A stretch of 64,000 nt of DNA from Planctomycetota bacterium (GTDB lineage Bacteria; Planctomycetota; B15-G4), in NCBI GenBank assembly GCA_965248575.1, contig CBDFJQ010000002.1, forward strand, positions 1,216,001 to 1,280,000. Reading direction: 5' to 3'. The position numbers were made by a program, and so were the translations under genes. Below the pieces are notes generated by a model. It saw only the letters and a program-made list of their open reading frames with translations, ran no database searches and was not told the DNA's origin. Shown here piece after piece: positions 21,295-33,112 of this stretch (position 1 is the first letter of the stretch; every line of letters starts with the position of its first letter).

Positions 21295-22652
21295 GACGAA
21301 CTCGCCTTGACGAACGGGTTACCGTGCCGCACCCACACCTGCTGCGCGAGCCTCGGCCCCTTCCGGCGAGCCGTCCGCTTCTGCACGACCCGCTCCGCAG
21401 CGATCACCGTCGGCAGCACCGACGCCACCACGATCAGCTGATAGATGAAGTCGAAGTGCGCACGGTTGAGGAACGTCGCCCCGACCATGAAGGAACACAT
21501 CGAGATCTGGATAGCGTGGCAATACGGGATGGCCCAGTCATCACCCTCCCGTTTGCATCTTCGCCAGAGCCGTTCGAGCGAGACGATCGACCCCACGATC
21601 ATGAACATGAACAGCAAATAGGCAGCGGTACCCGACTCAGCCCAGATCTGGAAGTAGGAGTTGTGGGACACGCGGGCATAGTGATCCGTCCCGCCCTCTT
21701 CGTTGTAGATGCCCTTGGTGTAGCGGTTGTACTCGTGCACCATGTTGTTGAACCCGATGCCGAAGACGGGGTTCCCCTTGATCATGTTGGTCGCCACCAT
21801 CCAGGACGTGAAGCGGCCTTGGACGGAGTCGTCCTGCTCTTCTGCATCCACGAACATGCTCGCGATGCGATCCTTGTATTCCTGGGGCGCGACCGCTGTT
21901 CCGATCACTCCCGCCAGGACCAGAGCCGCCATCGCGGGCACCTTGTACTTGGTCTTGTAGGCCATGAGCATCGCGGCGACGCCCAATGAAAGGAAGGCGC
22001 CGCGGGAGCCCGTCGACATGATGGTCAGGAGCGACATGGCGCACGCCCCCTTCATGAACAGGCAGATCTGCTTGCCGTACTTCAGCGGCTTCATCTCGTT
22101 GCCCAGGTAGAACAGCAACGGCACGTTCATGACCATCGCCAGGGCGAAGTCGTTGTTGTCCTTGAGCATGCCGCCCGGGCCAGCAATCGACCTGCTTCCC
22201 AGCACGTACATGAGGCCGTTCTTGGCGCCGTAGAAACCCAGGGCCACGGCCATCACGGCCATGATGACGCGCAAGCGATAGCGGTTGACCAGGAAGGCTG
22301 CCGTCAGCAGGGACACGAAGATCACCTTCACGAGGTCGGTGTACTTCGCGCCCTGTTCCTCCCAGCGCACCCTGTTGAAGATGATGGACAGCGTCACCAC
22401 CAGAACCAGCAGGGCCATGGCCTTGATGCGGTGGTATTTGAACGGGATCGGCCGGAACTCGGACACGAGCCAGCCCAGCACCATGGCGATGGCGATCAGC
22501 TGTGAGAGCGGCAGGTTGCGGGCGAAGCCCCAGGTGAGGTCCTGGGTCCGGTTGTAGGCCAGGAAGGTGAAGGCGCAGATGCCAACCCACGGGCGCATGA
22601 GGCTCAGGGGCAGGATGCCGACGAAGAGCAGGAAGACGACGATGTCACGCAC
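21291..22652 (-). CDS. O-antigen ligase/Wzy-like membrane protein (exosortase A-associated O-glycosylation ligase type)
   Basis: RPWVGI, DNNDFAL, STGSRGAF, SVQGRFTSW, PVFGIGF, SHNSYFQIWAESG; multi-TM. Confidence 0.87.
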   Translation of the reverse strand: MRDIVVFLLFVGILPLSLMRPWVGICAFTFLAYNRTQDLTWGFARNLPLSQLIAIAMVLGWLVSEFRPIPFKYHRIKAMALLVLVVTLSIIFNRVRWEEQGAKYTDLVKVIFVSLLTAAFLVNRYRLRVIMAVMAVALGFYGAKNGLMYVLGSRSIAGPGGMLKDNNDFALAMVMNVPLLFYLGNEMKPLKYGKQICLFMKGACAMSLLTIMSTGSRGAFLSLGVAAMLMAYKTKYKVPAMAALVLAGVIGTAVAPQEYKDRIASMFVDAEEQDDSVQGRFTSWMVATNMIKGNPVFGIGFNNMVHEYNRYTKGIYNEEGGTDHYARVSHNSYFQIWAESGTAAYLLFMFMIVGSIVSLERLWRRCKREGDDWAIPYCHAIQISMCSFMVGATFLNRAHFDFIYQLIVVASVLPTVIAAERVVQKRTARRKGPRLAQQVWVRHGNPFVKASSS

Positions 22653-23835
22653 CGGCCACCTCCTTAACAAGCGATTCGAGGCGATCCAACACGTCGTCCC
22701 AGTCGTGGTGCTGGCGGATGTAGATCCGCCCCGCGGCACCCAGCTCGTCGCAACGGGCGGGGTTGGCCAGCAACTCCGCCAGGACGGCAGCGCGCTCCGC
22801 GACCCCATCAGCCACCATGTAGTGCTCACCATCAACGCCGTCCAGGGCCTTCGCGGCCCAGCTCGAGACCAAGGTGGCGCGACCAGCGGACAGGGCTTCG
22901 AGGATCTTGTTGGGGATCCCGCGGCCTCGATCCAAAGGCGCGCAGAACACCCGGATACCTGCGAGGGCCTCCGGGATCGAGTCGACGGCGCCTGTCACCT
23001 CCACCGCGCCGGGGCGAGCCAGGGCACGCACCTCGTCCGTGGGTGCACGCCCCATGATGCGCAGCCGCGCCTCGGGGACCGTCTCGCGAATCCGCGGCAG
23101 GACCTCAGTGGCCAGATGGCGCACGGCCTGGATGTTCGGCGGGTAGTCCATCTGCCCGAGGAAGCCCACCACGGCCTCAGCCTCCGAGGGAGCCGGCACA
23201 TCCACGAACTGCTCCCAGGGAGAACCATTCGTGAGCACTTCCAGGCGCCGGGGGTGACCCCGCGTGCGGATGTCATCGGCTTCCTGGTTCGTGCTCACCA
23301 AGCAGACATCCGCTGACTCGGACAGCGCCACCTCCAGAGGCAGCAAGCGCTTGGCCTCCAAGGCATAGACCCATGACCGGGGCCCATGAACGTCCTTCGC
23401 TAGGGCGTCCCACTTCAGCGCGTCCACATCGCACAGGTCCATGACCATCGGCCCGGCGTCTCGGCTCTGGAGCCAGGGACCGGTGCCCGACGAGAAGCTC
23501 CAACACAGACCGTAGTCGTGGCGATCCACGAGGTCATTCAGGGTGCGCTGGACCCGAGCATCGGTGTGCCAGCCTACGGTCAGGCTCTTGCCGGTCGTCA
23601 ACGCCAGACCGACCTGCGCCAGGGCCTCAAGCTTGCGCCGCGGGAACACATGCACCTCCCGGCAGAGATCTGCCAGGCCGGCCCGCGCAGCATCCGCGTC
23701 CTCAGAGGAATCAGCCTGGGCCACGAGATCGACTGGCCCGAGCTGCGCCAGGCGCGTCAGATGCCGCCAGGCGCGAAGCCTGTCGCCCTTGTCAGGAGGG
23801 AACGGTGCCCGATGCGCCACGAAGAGAACCTCCAT
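22645..23835 (-). CDS. GT4 glycosyltransferase, TIGR03087-like PEP-CTERM/XrtA-system sugar transferase
   Basis: LFVAHRAPFPPDKGDRLR, MDLCDVDALKW, GQMDYPPN, RGIPNKILEAL. Confidence 0.9.
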   Translation of the reverse strand: MEVLFVAHRAPFPPDKGDRLRAWRHLTRLAQLGPVDLVAQADSSEDADAARAGLADLCREVHVFPRRKLEALAQVGLALTTGKSLTVGWHTDARVQRTLNDLVDRHDYGLCWSFSSGTGPWLQSRDAGPMVMDLCDVDALKWDALAKDVHGPRSWVYALEAKRLLPLEVALSESADVCLVSTNQEADDIRTRGHPRRLEVLTNGSPWEQFVDVPAPSEAEAVVGFLGQMDYPPNIQAVRHLATEVLPRIRETVPEARLRIMGRAPTDEVRALARPGAVEVTGAVDSIPEALAGIRVFCAPLDRGRGIPNKILEALSAGRATLVSSWAAKALDGVDGEHYMVADGVAERAAVLAELLANPARCDELGAAGRIYIRQHHDWDDVLDRLESLVKEVAGA

Positions 23836-23846
23836 GGCCACAAGCC

Positions 23847-25517
23847 CTACGTGAGTGCCATGCTCATGTTCTGCAACGCACGCTGCACCGTGGCCGGGAA
23901 CACATCGCGATGGTAGCCGTAGATGTACAGCACCGAGGCCAAGGCCAGGAGCACTAGTACCATCGTGGCAATCGTCAGGACGGACTGCACGTTGCGTGCA
24001 CGGACGTCACGAGCCGTCAGGATCAGGTCCACGGCACCCAGGACCGGCACACCCAGGGTGCGCGACACTTCCTTCACACTGCCGAAGGAGCTGCGGGTCA
24101 GTTCGGCCAGGACCGGGCCGGAGAGCCCCACGCCAATACCCATCAAGAGGGACAGCGCCATGATCATGGCCCCGATAGGCATCACGGGCTCGTCGGGCTC
24201 GATGCCCTGCTCCAGGATCTCGAAGGGCCCCGTGGCGATCAGGCCCGAGGAACCGCTGACGATGCTGGTCTGGTTACGCAGGTTGCGCAGCTGGTCCTTC
24301 AGCGGTTGCACCGCGAGGCGCGCTGACGTCAGCAACTCCTCGGCGTTCAACGCGTCCGCATCCAGCCGAGCCATGTCCATGGTGACGCGCGGCAGGCGGG
24401 TCAGGCGGTCCTCCACCTGATCCAGCTCATCGCTGTAGGTGTTCACCAGGGCCGCGTACTCCCTTTCCTTGGCCTTTTTCTCCTCGATCTGGCGACCGAG
24501 CTGGAAGTAGGCCTCGTTGGTCACGGTGGTGAACTTCACCTCCGGAGTACCACCAGCCTTGATCAAGGCCTGCTTCGCGAGGTCGACAGTGGCGATTGCC
24601 TGCTGGTAGCGCCAGTGCTCTTCCTTGTAGTCAGCCTTGACGGTCGCGAAGGCCGTCTCGGCCTCCTGCAAGGCGAGGTAGGCCGCGCCTTGCTCCGGAC
24701 TCTCGGGAGGTACGGGAATCTCGCGCGTCTTCTCAGTCGTGATCATCTCCGCATTGAGGATCTCAATCCCGGTGATGGTCGACTCGAGTTGCGCCCGGGC
24801 CCTGCTGATGGTCACCAGCAGATCGGCCTTGAGGATGTGGTTGTTCTCGGTGTCCAGAAGACCTGGGACGTCGTTCTCCTGCTCGTACTTTCGGCGCGCG
24901 CTCAAGGCCTGGTCGAACTTGGCCTCGCGCTCCAACACCACGGATTCCGCTTCACTCGCCCGGCGTTCCACGCCCTTGCGATAGGAATCCATGACCAGCT
25001 TGATCCAGGCATCGCGCTTGCGATTCACGAAGGCCGCGGCCTTGTCCGGGGCCGTCCACTGGAAGCCGAAGGTGACGTTGGTGGCGCCAGTCACGTCCGG
25101 GTTCATCTCCACCTCGAGGTTGTCGCGGATCTTTTCGATCAGCGCCCGACGCTTGGAGGGGCGGCCGTGGGTGCTCAGCCAATCGGTCCAACCCAGCTCG
25201 TCCATCACGGCGCTGATGCGCTTGGACGACTTCAACTCGTTCTTCAGCGACTGCAGCTTGCGCGAGAGGGGAATGTCCTCCAGCTCACCGAGTACCGCCC
25301 GGTCCGTGACGATGGCCGTCTCGTTCAGCCGGAAGTCCGTCTGCGACTCGAACTTGTTCGGCCAGATCATGTTCAGGCCGATGCCGAGCATCAGGAACAC
25401 GAGAGTGGTGAACACGACGCGCACCAGGTTGCGTCGGATGGCGGCAATGATCTCCTGGACCGCTTCGCGCGGGTCAGGGCCTTGCTCGGTGCCAGTTGTG
25501 TCGGGCGGAGGTGCCAT
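23847..25517 (-). CDS. Polysaccharide chain-length determinant (Wzz/Wzc N-terminal type, no kinase domain)
   Basis: N-terminal TM, long coiled-coil periplasmic region, C-terminal TM then SVKEVSRTLGVPVLGAV (GNVR-like); adjacent to wza. Confidence 0.82.
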   Translation of the reverse strand: MAPPPDTTGTEQGPDPREAVQEIIAAIRRNLVRVVFTTLVFLMLGIGLNMIWPNKFESQTDFRLNETAIVTDRAVLGELEDIPLSRKLQSLKNELKSSKRISAVMDELGWTDWLSTHGRPSKRRALIEKIRDNLEVEMNPDVTGATNVTFGFQWTAPDKAAAFVNRKRDAWIKLVMDSYRKGVERRASEAESVVLEREAKFDQALSARRKYEQENDVPGLLDTENNHILKADLLVTISRARAQLESTITGIEILNAEMITTEKTREIPVPPESPEQGAAYLALQEAETAFATVKADYKEEHWRYQQAIATVDLAKQALIKAGGTPEVKFTTVTNEAYFQLGRQIEEKKAKEREYAALVNTYSDELDQVEDRLTRLPRVTMDMARLDADALNAEELLTSARLAVQPLKDQLRNLRNQTSIVSGSSGLIATGPFEILEQGIEPDEPVMPIGAMIMALSLLMGIGVGLSGPVLAELTRSSFGSVKEVSRTLGVPVLGAVDLILTARDVRARNVQSVLTIATMVLVLLALASVLYIYGYHRDVFPATVQRALQNMSMALT

Positions 25518-25524
25518 AGCCGGA

Positions 25525-26325
25525 TCAGTAGTTGAAGTTGTTGTTGTTGTTGAAGCCGCCGCGACCGCGACGGGGCTGGCCGAAGGTGTCGGCCAGGGAG
25601 ACGATGTTGTTCGTGCCAGAGACGAGCTGCTGGATGGGCTGCAGCGGTGCCAGCAGTGCCGACACGCCCCACTTGATGTAGCCCAACCACGAGGGTGTCA
25701 TGTAGATGATGTCGTTCTCCCGGATCAGGATGTTGTCCCGGGTAAAGCCCTGAACGATGTCGTCGTAGTCACAGGTGATGACCAGCGGGTTCTCGGGGTC
25801 GCCCCGGATCACCAGGATGGCGTCCGTGTCGACCACGTTCTCGTCGATGTTGGCCCCCACCACGACGTCCAGGAGCGTGGTGTCCCCGGCGAAGGGGATC
25901 GAGCGCGGCGAGAACGGCGGTGCACCCGTGATGTAGAACTTCTTCGACGTGATGGCCGAGACCCGCACGAGTAGGTTCGAGGTGTCGGTGTACAGGTGCC
26001 CGTAGCGCTGGCGCACCACCTCGGTGGCCTCGTCCGGCGTGAGGCCGTTGATGTAGACCTCGCCGACATCGGGCAGCGTGATGGTGCCGTCCATGCGCAC
26101 CTTCTCGGTCACGCCGTTCAGCTCACGGTAGATGTTGCTCTGGAGCACCACGCCGTCACCGATGCCGATGTAGTAGCGGCGGTTGGCATCCTGCGTCGGG
26201 CGGCCGAAGCCACGCTGGTTGAGCACCTGCAACACCCGCGCATCGTCGGTCGTCTGACATGCGGGAAGGCAGAGTCCCGCGACAAGTGCGACCACGCACG
26301 CACCAAGTCGACCTGCAGCTGTCAT
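25525..26325 (-). CDS. Wza-like polysaccharide export lipoprotein
   Basis: Lipobox-like LPAC; YYIGIGD, VRMDGTITLPDVGEVYINGLT (PES domain), ILIRENDIIY (SLBB). Confidence 0.88.
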   Translation of the reverse strand: MTAAGRLGACVVALVAGLCLPACQTTDDARVLQVLNQRGFGRPTQDANRRYYIGIGDGVVLQSNIYRELNGVTEKVRMDGTITLPDVGEVYINGLTPDEATEVVRQRYGHLYTDTSNLLVRVSAITSKKFYITGAPPFSPRSIPFAGDTTLLDVVVGANIDENVVDTDAILVIRGDPENPLVITCDYDDIVQGFTRDNILIRENDIIYMTPSWLGYIKWGVSALLAPLQPIQQLVSGTNNIVSLADTFGQPRRGRGGFNNNNNFNY

Positions 26326-26445
26326 CGAGCGCTCTCCTGTGCATCGACCCATCAAGGTCGATCGAATCGAAGCCAAACCGGGCCCAAGAACGGAGGTTTC
26401 GCCGAAACGAGACTCCGGTCATGTCCTACGGGGATATCGGCCGTG

Positions 26446-26464
26446 GGCTGGCAAAAATCCAGCC
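26446..26464. terminator. Short hairpin immediately after rmlB, possible terminator or processing site
   Basis: GGCTGG-CAAAAAT-CCAGCC inverted repeat abutting the stop codon; no clear U-tract. Confidence 0.3.
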
Positions 26465-27483
26465 TAAACGCTGATGCGTCCGCCGTACTGGCTCTCGTAG
26501 TAGTCCCGGTAGGCACCGGAGCGCACTCTCTCCCACCAACTACGGTTGTCGAGGTACCACTGGACCGTCTCCGGCAGGGCCTCCTCAAAGCGCCTCGCGG
26601 GCTCCCAACCGAGGTCCTTCTTGATGCGACTGGCGTCGATGGCGTAGCGACGGTCGTGCCCGGCTCGATCCTCGACATATTCGATCAGGTCTTCGGATTT
26701 TCCGAGAATCGACAGCAGCAACTGGACCACATCGATATTGGGCCATTCGTTGTTGCCGCCGATGTTGTAGACGGAGCCGGGATCGGCCTTCTCGAAGACG
26801 GTCCAAATGGCCGTGCAGTGGTCCGACACATGCAGCCAATCGCGGATCTGCATCCCGTCCCCATAAACGGGCAGCTTCTTGCCCTCGAAGGCGTTGGCGA
26901 TCATCAGCGGGATCAGCTTTTCGGGGAATTGCAGGGCCCCGTAATTATTCGAGCAGCGGGTGATGACCGCGTTGTAGCCGTGGGTCTTGTACGCGGCCCG
27001 CACCAGCATGTCCGCAGAGGCCTTGCTCGCCGCGTAGGGTGAGTTGGGCGCCAGGGGGGTTTCCTCAGTGAAGAGCCCAGTCTTGCCGAGCGCGCCGTAG
27101 ACCTCATCGGTCGACACCTGCAGATAGCGAGGCACGGCGTGCCGCCGCGCCACATCGAGCAGCACCTGGGTGCCGAGGATGTTGTTCCGGACGAAGGGCG
27201 TGGCATCCAGGATCGAGCGGTCGACGTGGCTCTCCGCCGCGAAGTGCAGCACACCGTCGAAGCTGTGCTCTCCGAACAGCTTGTCCATCGCCGCGACGTC
27301 CGAGACGTCCCCCTTCACGAAGACGTGCCCGTCATCCCCTTCCAGGGGCTTCAGGTTCTCGAGGTTGCCCGCGTACGTCAGCAGGTCGAGGTTCACGATG
27401 GTGACGTCCGGCCGGGTCGCCCGCAGCCAGAGCACGAAGTTGGAGCCGATGAAGCCGGCACCGCCGGTCACGAGAATCTTCAT
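26464..27483 (-). CDS. rfbB: dTDP-glucose 4,6-dehydratase
   Basis: TGGAGFIGSNF, LTYAGNLENL, HFAAESHVDRSI, VSTDEVYG, PNSPYAASKA, DRAGHDRRYAID. Confidence 0.97.
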   Translation of the reverse strand: MKILVTGGAGFIGSNFVLWLRATRPDVTIVNLDLLTYAGNLENLKPLEGDDGHVFVKGDVSDVAAMDKLFGEHSFDGVLHFAAESHVDRSILDATPFVRNNILGTQVLLDVARRHAVPRYLQVSTDEVYGALGKTGLFTEETPLAPNSPYAASKASADMLVRAAYKTHGYNAVITRCSNNYGALQFPEKLIPLMIANAFEGKKLPVYGDGMQIRDWLHVSDHCTAIWTVFEKADPGSVYNIGGNNEWPNIDVVQLLLSILGKSEDLIEYVEDRAGHDRRYAIDASRIKKDLGWEPARRFEEALPETVQWYLDNRSWWERVRSGAYRDYYESQYGGRISV

Positions 27484-27555
27484 GAAGTCACCTGCATTGG
27501 TACTGGGGTTGTCACGTGGGTCCGGGGATGCATCGGACCTGAGGTCGGTCGAGGC

Positions 27556-28473
27556 TTACGCGGGGGTCGCATTGTTCGTCCTGGGGCGCCGCTCGAGGTA
27601 GGTGCTCAGGGCGTCCTGCCAACTTGGAATCTCGACCCCGAGGGCTGCCCGCAGCTTGTCCGTGCTGAGCACACCGCGTGCGGGTCGCGTCGCCGGCCGG
27701 GGAAACTCCGAGGTGGGAATGGGGTCCACGCGCACGTCCACCCCGACCTGCTTGAAGACCTCCACGGCGAAGTCGTACCAGGAACAGGCCCCCGCGTTGG
27801 CCGCGTGGTAGATGCCCGCTGCCGGCCGCTGGAGGATGATCCCCCACAGCAAGCTGGCCAGGGAATCGGTGGACGTTGGGCTGCCCACCTGGTCGTCGAC
27901 GACGCGCAGGACGTCGTGCTCCGCCGCCAGGCGCAACATGGTCTCGACGAAGTTCGGCCCATTCAACCCATAGAGCCACTGGGTGCGAACGACCCAGTGC
28001 ACACCACCGGCTGCCTGGACGGCCTGTTCTCCCGCCAGTTTGCTGCGCCCGTAGGCGGACAGCGGGTTGGTGACGTCACCCTCGACATAGCAGCCGGGGG
28101 CAGGGATGGCGCCATCGAAGACGTAGTCCGTCGAGATGTGGAGCAGCGGAATCGAACGCGCCGCGCAGGCCTCGGCCAGGACGCTGGCCCCCGTGCCGTT
28201 GACAGCCAGCGCCTGCGCCTCGTGCTCCTCGCAGGCGTCCACCTGCGTGAAGGCCGAGCAATTCACCACGGCATCCAAGGCCTGCCCGTCAGAGCCCTGC
28301 GCATCGAGGCAAGCATCAACGCTCTCTCGACGCGTGATGTCCATCTCCGGCAGATCCACCCAGAGGCCAGTCACATGGGCCGGCTTCTGGGACTGCATGG
28401 AATGCCCAAGCATCCCGGCGGCGCCGCTGACGAGCACGCGCTGAGGCGTGACAGAGTGGTTCGAACTTGCCAT
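27556..28473 (-). CDS. rfbD: dTDP-4-dehydrorhamnose reductase
   Basis: GAAGMLG, NCSAFTQVDACE, HISTDYVFDG, YGRSKLAGE, VVDDQVGSPT. Confidence 0.95.
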   Translation of the reverse strand: MASSNHSVTPQRVLVSGAAGMLGHSMQSQKPAHVTGLWVDLPEMDITRRESVDACLDAQGSDGQALDAVVNCSAFTQVDACEEHEAQALAVNGTGASVLAEACAARSIPLLHISTDYVFDGAIPAPGCYVEGDVTNPLSAYGRSKLAGEQAVQAAGGVHWVVRTQWLYGLNGPNFVETMLRLAAEHDVLRVVDDQVGSPTSTDSLASLLWGIILQRPAAGIYHAANAGACSWYDFAVEVFKQVGVDVRVDPIPTSEFPRPATRPARGVLSTDKLRAALGVEIPSWQDALSTYLERRPRTNNATPA

Positions 28474-28474
28474 G

Positions 28475-29203
28475 TCAGCCGGCCTTGTTCGCACCGCCCT
28501 CGGCGACGAGCTTGCTGGCATTCAACAGGCTCTCGAAGGTCCCGGCGTCCGTCCACCAGCCGTCGAGCTCTCCGTAGAACATGTCGCCGCGCTTGATGTA
28601 GGCGTTGTTCACGTCGGTGATCTCGAGCTCCCCACGGCCGGACGGCTTGAGCGTCTCGATGATCTGGAACACGCTGCTGTCGTACATGTAGATGCCGATG
28701 ACTGCCATGTTGGACGGCGGGTCCTTCGGCTTCTCGATGATCGTCTCGATGCGATCTCCATCGCGCACGGCTACGCCAAAGCGCTCCGGGTCGTGGACTT
28801 CCTTGAGCAGGATGCAGGCCCCATGGCCGCGCTTGTTGAAGGTCTCGACGGTCTCGCGGATGTTTCCTTCGATGATGTTGTCGCCCAGGATCACGCAGAT
28901 GGACTCGTCGCCAGCGAAGCGGGCAGCCAAGCGCAGGGCTGCAGCGATCCCCCCCTCTCCACGCTGGTAGGCGTAGTTCAGGTTCACACCCAACTCGTCG
29001 CCGTTCTCGAGCAACCGCAAGAAGTCACCCGCACTGTTCCCACCCGTCACGATCAGGATGTCATCGATGCCTGCGTTCTTCAGGCACTCGATGGGGTAAT
29101 AGATCATGGGACGGTCAAAGACCGGCAGCAGATGCTTGTTCGTGATCTTGGTCAGTGGCATCAGGCGGGAGCCCAAGCCACCGGCGAGGATAACGCCCTT
29201 CAT
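28475..29203 (-). CDS. rfbA: Glucose-1-phosphate thymidylyltransferase (short RmlA/SpsI-like form)
   Basis: GVILAGGLGSRLMPLT, NKHLLPVFDRPMIYY, EKPKDP, KPSGRGELEITD, WWTDAGT. Confidence 0.9.
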   Translation of the reverse strand: MKGVILAGGLGSRLMPLTKITNKHLLPVFDRPMIYYPIECLKNAGIDDILIVTGGNSAGDFLRLLENGDELGVNLNYAYQRGEGGIAAALRLAARFAGDESICVILGDNIIEGNIRETVETFNKRGHGACILLKEVHDPERFGVAVRDGDRIETIIEKPKDPPSNMAVIGIYMYDSSVFQIIETLKPSGRGELEITDVNNAYIKRGDMFYGELDGWWTDAGTFESLLNASKLVAEGGANKAG

Positions 29204-29352
29204 GGGTCGTGCCTCTCAGTGGTTGCGGAGTCGGGGGAGGAAACAGTTGAGCTGAGCCGGCCACGACAAGCGAGCGAACACACCCGTTGCCGTCCATCGC
29301 AAAAGGCTGCCCACTGCTGCCGAGGCGGCTCCACAAGACCATGGGAGAGGTT

Positions 29353-30294
29353 CTAGCTGGCCACCGGCGGGGCAGAACGATACCACGCGACCGTGGAGTC
29401 GAGTCCGGTGGCCACCGAAACCGAGGGCTCGAAGCCCAGGATTTCACGCGCCCTCTGGGACTCGGCCATCGAATGGCGGATGTCGCCGGCCCGGGTGGGG
29501 CCGTGCAGGGTCTCGAGTTGCGGATGTCCACAAGCCTTGCGGATGTGATCCCAAATGGTCAGCAGGTCTATCGACTGACCCCAGCCGATGTTCATCACCT
29601 GGCCGTCGCCACGGGGCAGGTCCACCGCGAGCAGGTTCGCTCGCACCACATCGCCCACATAGGTGAAGTCCCGGCTCTGCTTGCCGTCCCCGTGGATGGT
29701 CGGACTGCGCCCCTCGAGTGCGTGCGTGACGAAGATCGAGATGACGCCGGAGTACGCGGAGCCCGGATCCTGCCGAGGCCCGAACACGTTGAAATAGCGC
29801 AGACACACCGTGTCCACGCCGTAGAGCTTCGGGGCCATACGGAACAGGTGCTCCGCCGCCAGCTTGTTCAAGCCGTAGGGCGACATGGGCTCCTCGCGGC
29901 GACTCTCGCTCGCGGCGCCCTCGACCTCGTCGCCGTAGACCGCCGAGGTGCTCGAGTACACGATGCGCCGGACCCCAGCGTCCCTGGCTGCAAGCACCAG
30001 TCGGGTCGAGCCGTCCAGGTTGGCGTGGTTGCTGGTCACCGGGTCTTCGACCGAGCGGGCCACCGACGGCATGGCGGCGCAATGCACGACGGCATCGCAG
30101 CCCTGCACGGCTTCCTCAGCGACTCCCGGCTCGGCCAGGTCGCCTTCCACGAGCCTCGCTGGCTCCGGGATGTTCTCCCGGTGGCCGGAAGAGAAGTCGT
30201 CCACCACGACGACCTCGCGGCCATCCGCGAGCAGGGCGTCGGCGATGTGGCTGCCGATGAACCCCGCACCACCCGTAACCAAGACACGTGTCAT
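29353..30294 (-). CDS. NAD-dependent epimerase (WbpP-like UDP-GlcNAc/Glc 4-epimerase, extended SDR)
   Basis: TGGAGFIGSH, SVARSVEDP, SPYGLNK, LRYFNVFGPRQDP, GDIRHS; ATG overlaps the upstream stop. Confidence 0.88.
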   Translation of the reverse strand: MTRVLVTGGAGFIGSHIADALLADGREVVVVDDFSSGHRENIPEPARLVEGDLAEPGVAEEAVQGCDAVVHCAAMPSVARSVEDPVTSNHANLDGSTRLVLAARDAGVRRIVYSSTSAVYGDEVEGAASESRREEPMSPYGLNKLAAEHLFRMAPKLYGVDTVCLRYFNVFGPRQDPGSAYSGVISIFVTHALEGRSPTIHGDGKQSRDFTYVGDVVRANLLAVDLPRGDGQVMNIGWGQSIDLLTIWDHIRKACGHPQLETLHGPTRAGDIRHSMAESQRAREILGFEPSVSVATGLDSTVAWYRSAPPVAS

Positions 30295-31265
30295 CGTGCT
30301 GCGCCTCCAGGCCCCTCGGGGCCGCGATACCATTCGACGAAGCGCTGCAAGCCTTCATCGAGGCTCACCGTGGGGTTGTATCCGAGCTCATCCTTGGCCC
30401 GCGAGACGTCGGCGAAGGTGCGCGGAACATCGCCCGGTTGATTGGGCTGCCAATCCACCCGTGGCTCTTTCCCCGTCGCCCGCCCGATGGCTTCCACGAG
30501 GCCTCGCAAGCTGATGGTCTGGGATTCACCCAGATTGTAGATGCGATATCCCTGCACCTTGTCGTGCGCCTTGACGATGCCGTCCAGGATGTCGCCGACG
30601 TAGGTGTAGTCGCGCTCGCTGCTGCCGTCGCCAAAGCAGGGCAGCGGCTCCCCGGCCTCCACCAGGCGTACGAACTTGTGGATGGCCATTTCCGGGCGCT
30701 GCCGAGGGCCATACACAGTGAAGAAGCGCAGGCAGGCGATGTCCATTTCGTACAGGTGGTGGAAGGTGAAGCAGGTCAGTTCGTTGGACCGCTTCGTGGC
30801 GGCGTACGGAGACACCGGACCCGAGACGTCGTCAACCTCCCGAAAAGGAACGCGCTCGTTGCCGCCGTAGACGGAGCTGCTGCTGCCGAAGATGAACCGC
30901 TTGAGGCCGGCGGAACGACTGGCCTCAAGCAGACGGGCGGTGCCCGTGCAGTTCACGTCGTGGTAGTGCGCCGGGTCCTGGAGCGACGGCCGGACGCCAG
31001 CCATGGCAGCCAGGTGGATGACCGAGGTGGGCTGGGTCGACGCGAAGGTCTGCTTGAGCATCTCGGCATCGCGGATGTCCCCCTCCACGAGCTGGAAGCC
31101 GTCGTGACCGGCCAGCAGCGCGGCATGACCGCGCTTGATGGTGGGGTCATAGAAGTCGTTGAAGTTGTCGAGCCCAACCACCTCGTCGCCACGCGACAGC
31201 AGTTGCTCGCACAAGTGGCTGCCGATGAACCCGGCAGCGCCCGTCACCAAGATGCGGTTGCCCAT
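30291..31265 (-). CDS. UDP-glucuronate 4-epimerase-like SDR
   Basis: HLAAMAGVRPS, SSSSVYG, PVSPYAATK, LRFFTVYGPRQRPEMAI, QPGDVPRTFAD. Confidence 0.88.
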   Translation of the reverse strand: MGNRILVTGAAGFIGSHLCEQLLSRGDEVVGLDNFNDFYDPTIKRGHAALLAGHDGFQLVEGDIRDAEMLKQTFASTQPTSVIHLAAMAGVRPSLQDPAHYHDVNCTGTARLLEASRSAGLKRFIFGSSSSVYGGNERVPFREVDDVSGPVSPYAATKRSNELTCFTFHHLYEMDIACLRFFTVYGPRQRPEMAIHKFVRLVEAGEPLPCFGDGSSERDYTYVGDILDGIVKAHDKVQGYRIYNLGESQTISLRGLVEAIGRATGKEPRVDWQPNQPGDVPRTFADVSRAKDELGYNPTVSLDEGLQRFVEWYRGPEGPGGAAR

Positions 31266-31272
31266 GATCTGA

Positions 31273-33111
<1,839 letters not shown>

Positions 33112-33112
33112 G

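Noticed and set aside
29298..29313. Sigma54-like -24/-12 motif (TGGGCAGCCTTTTGCG, minus strand) upstream of rmlA
   Set aside because: GG-N10-GC spacing fits but the CAC core does not, and no enhancer-binding protein is in the window; could be chance.
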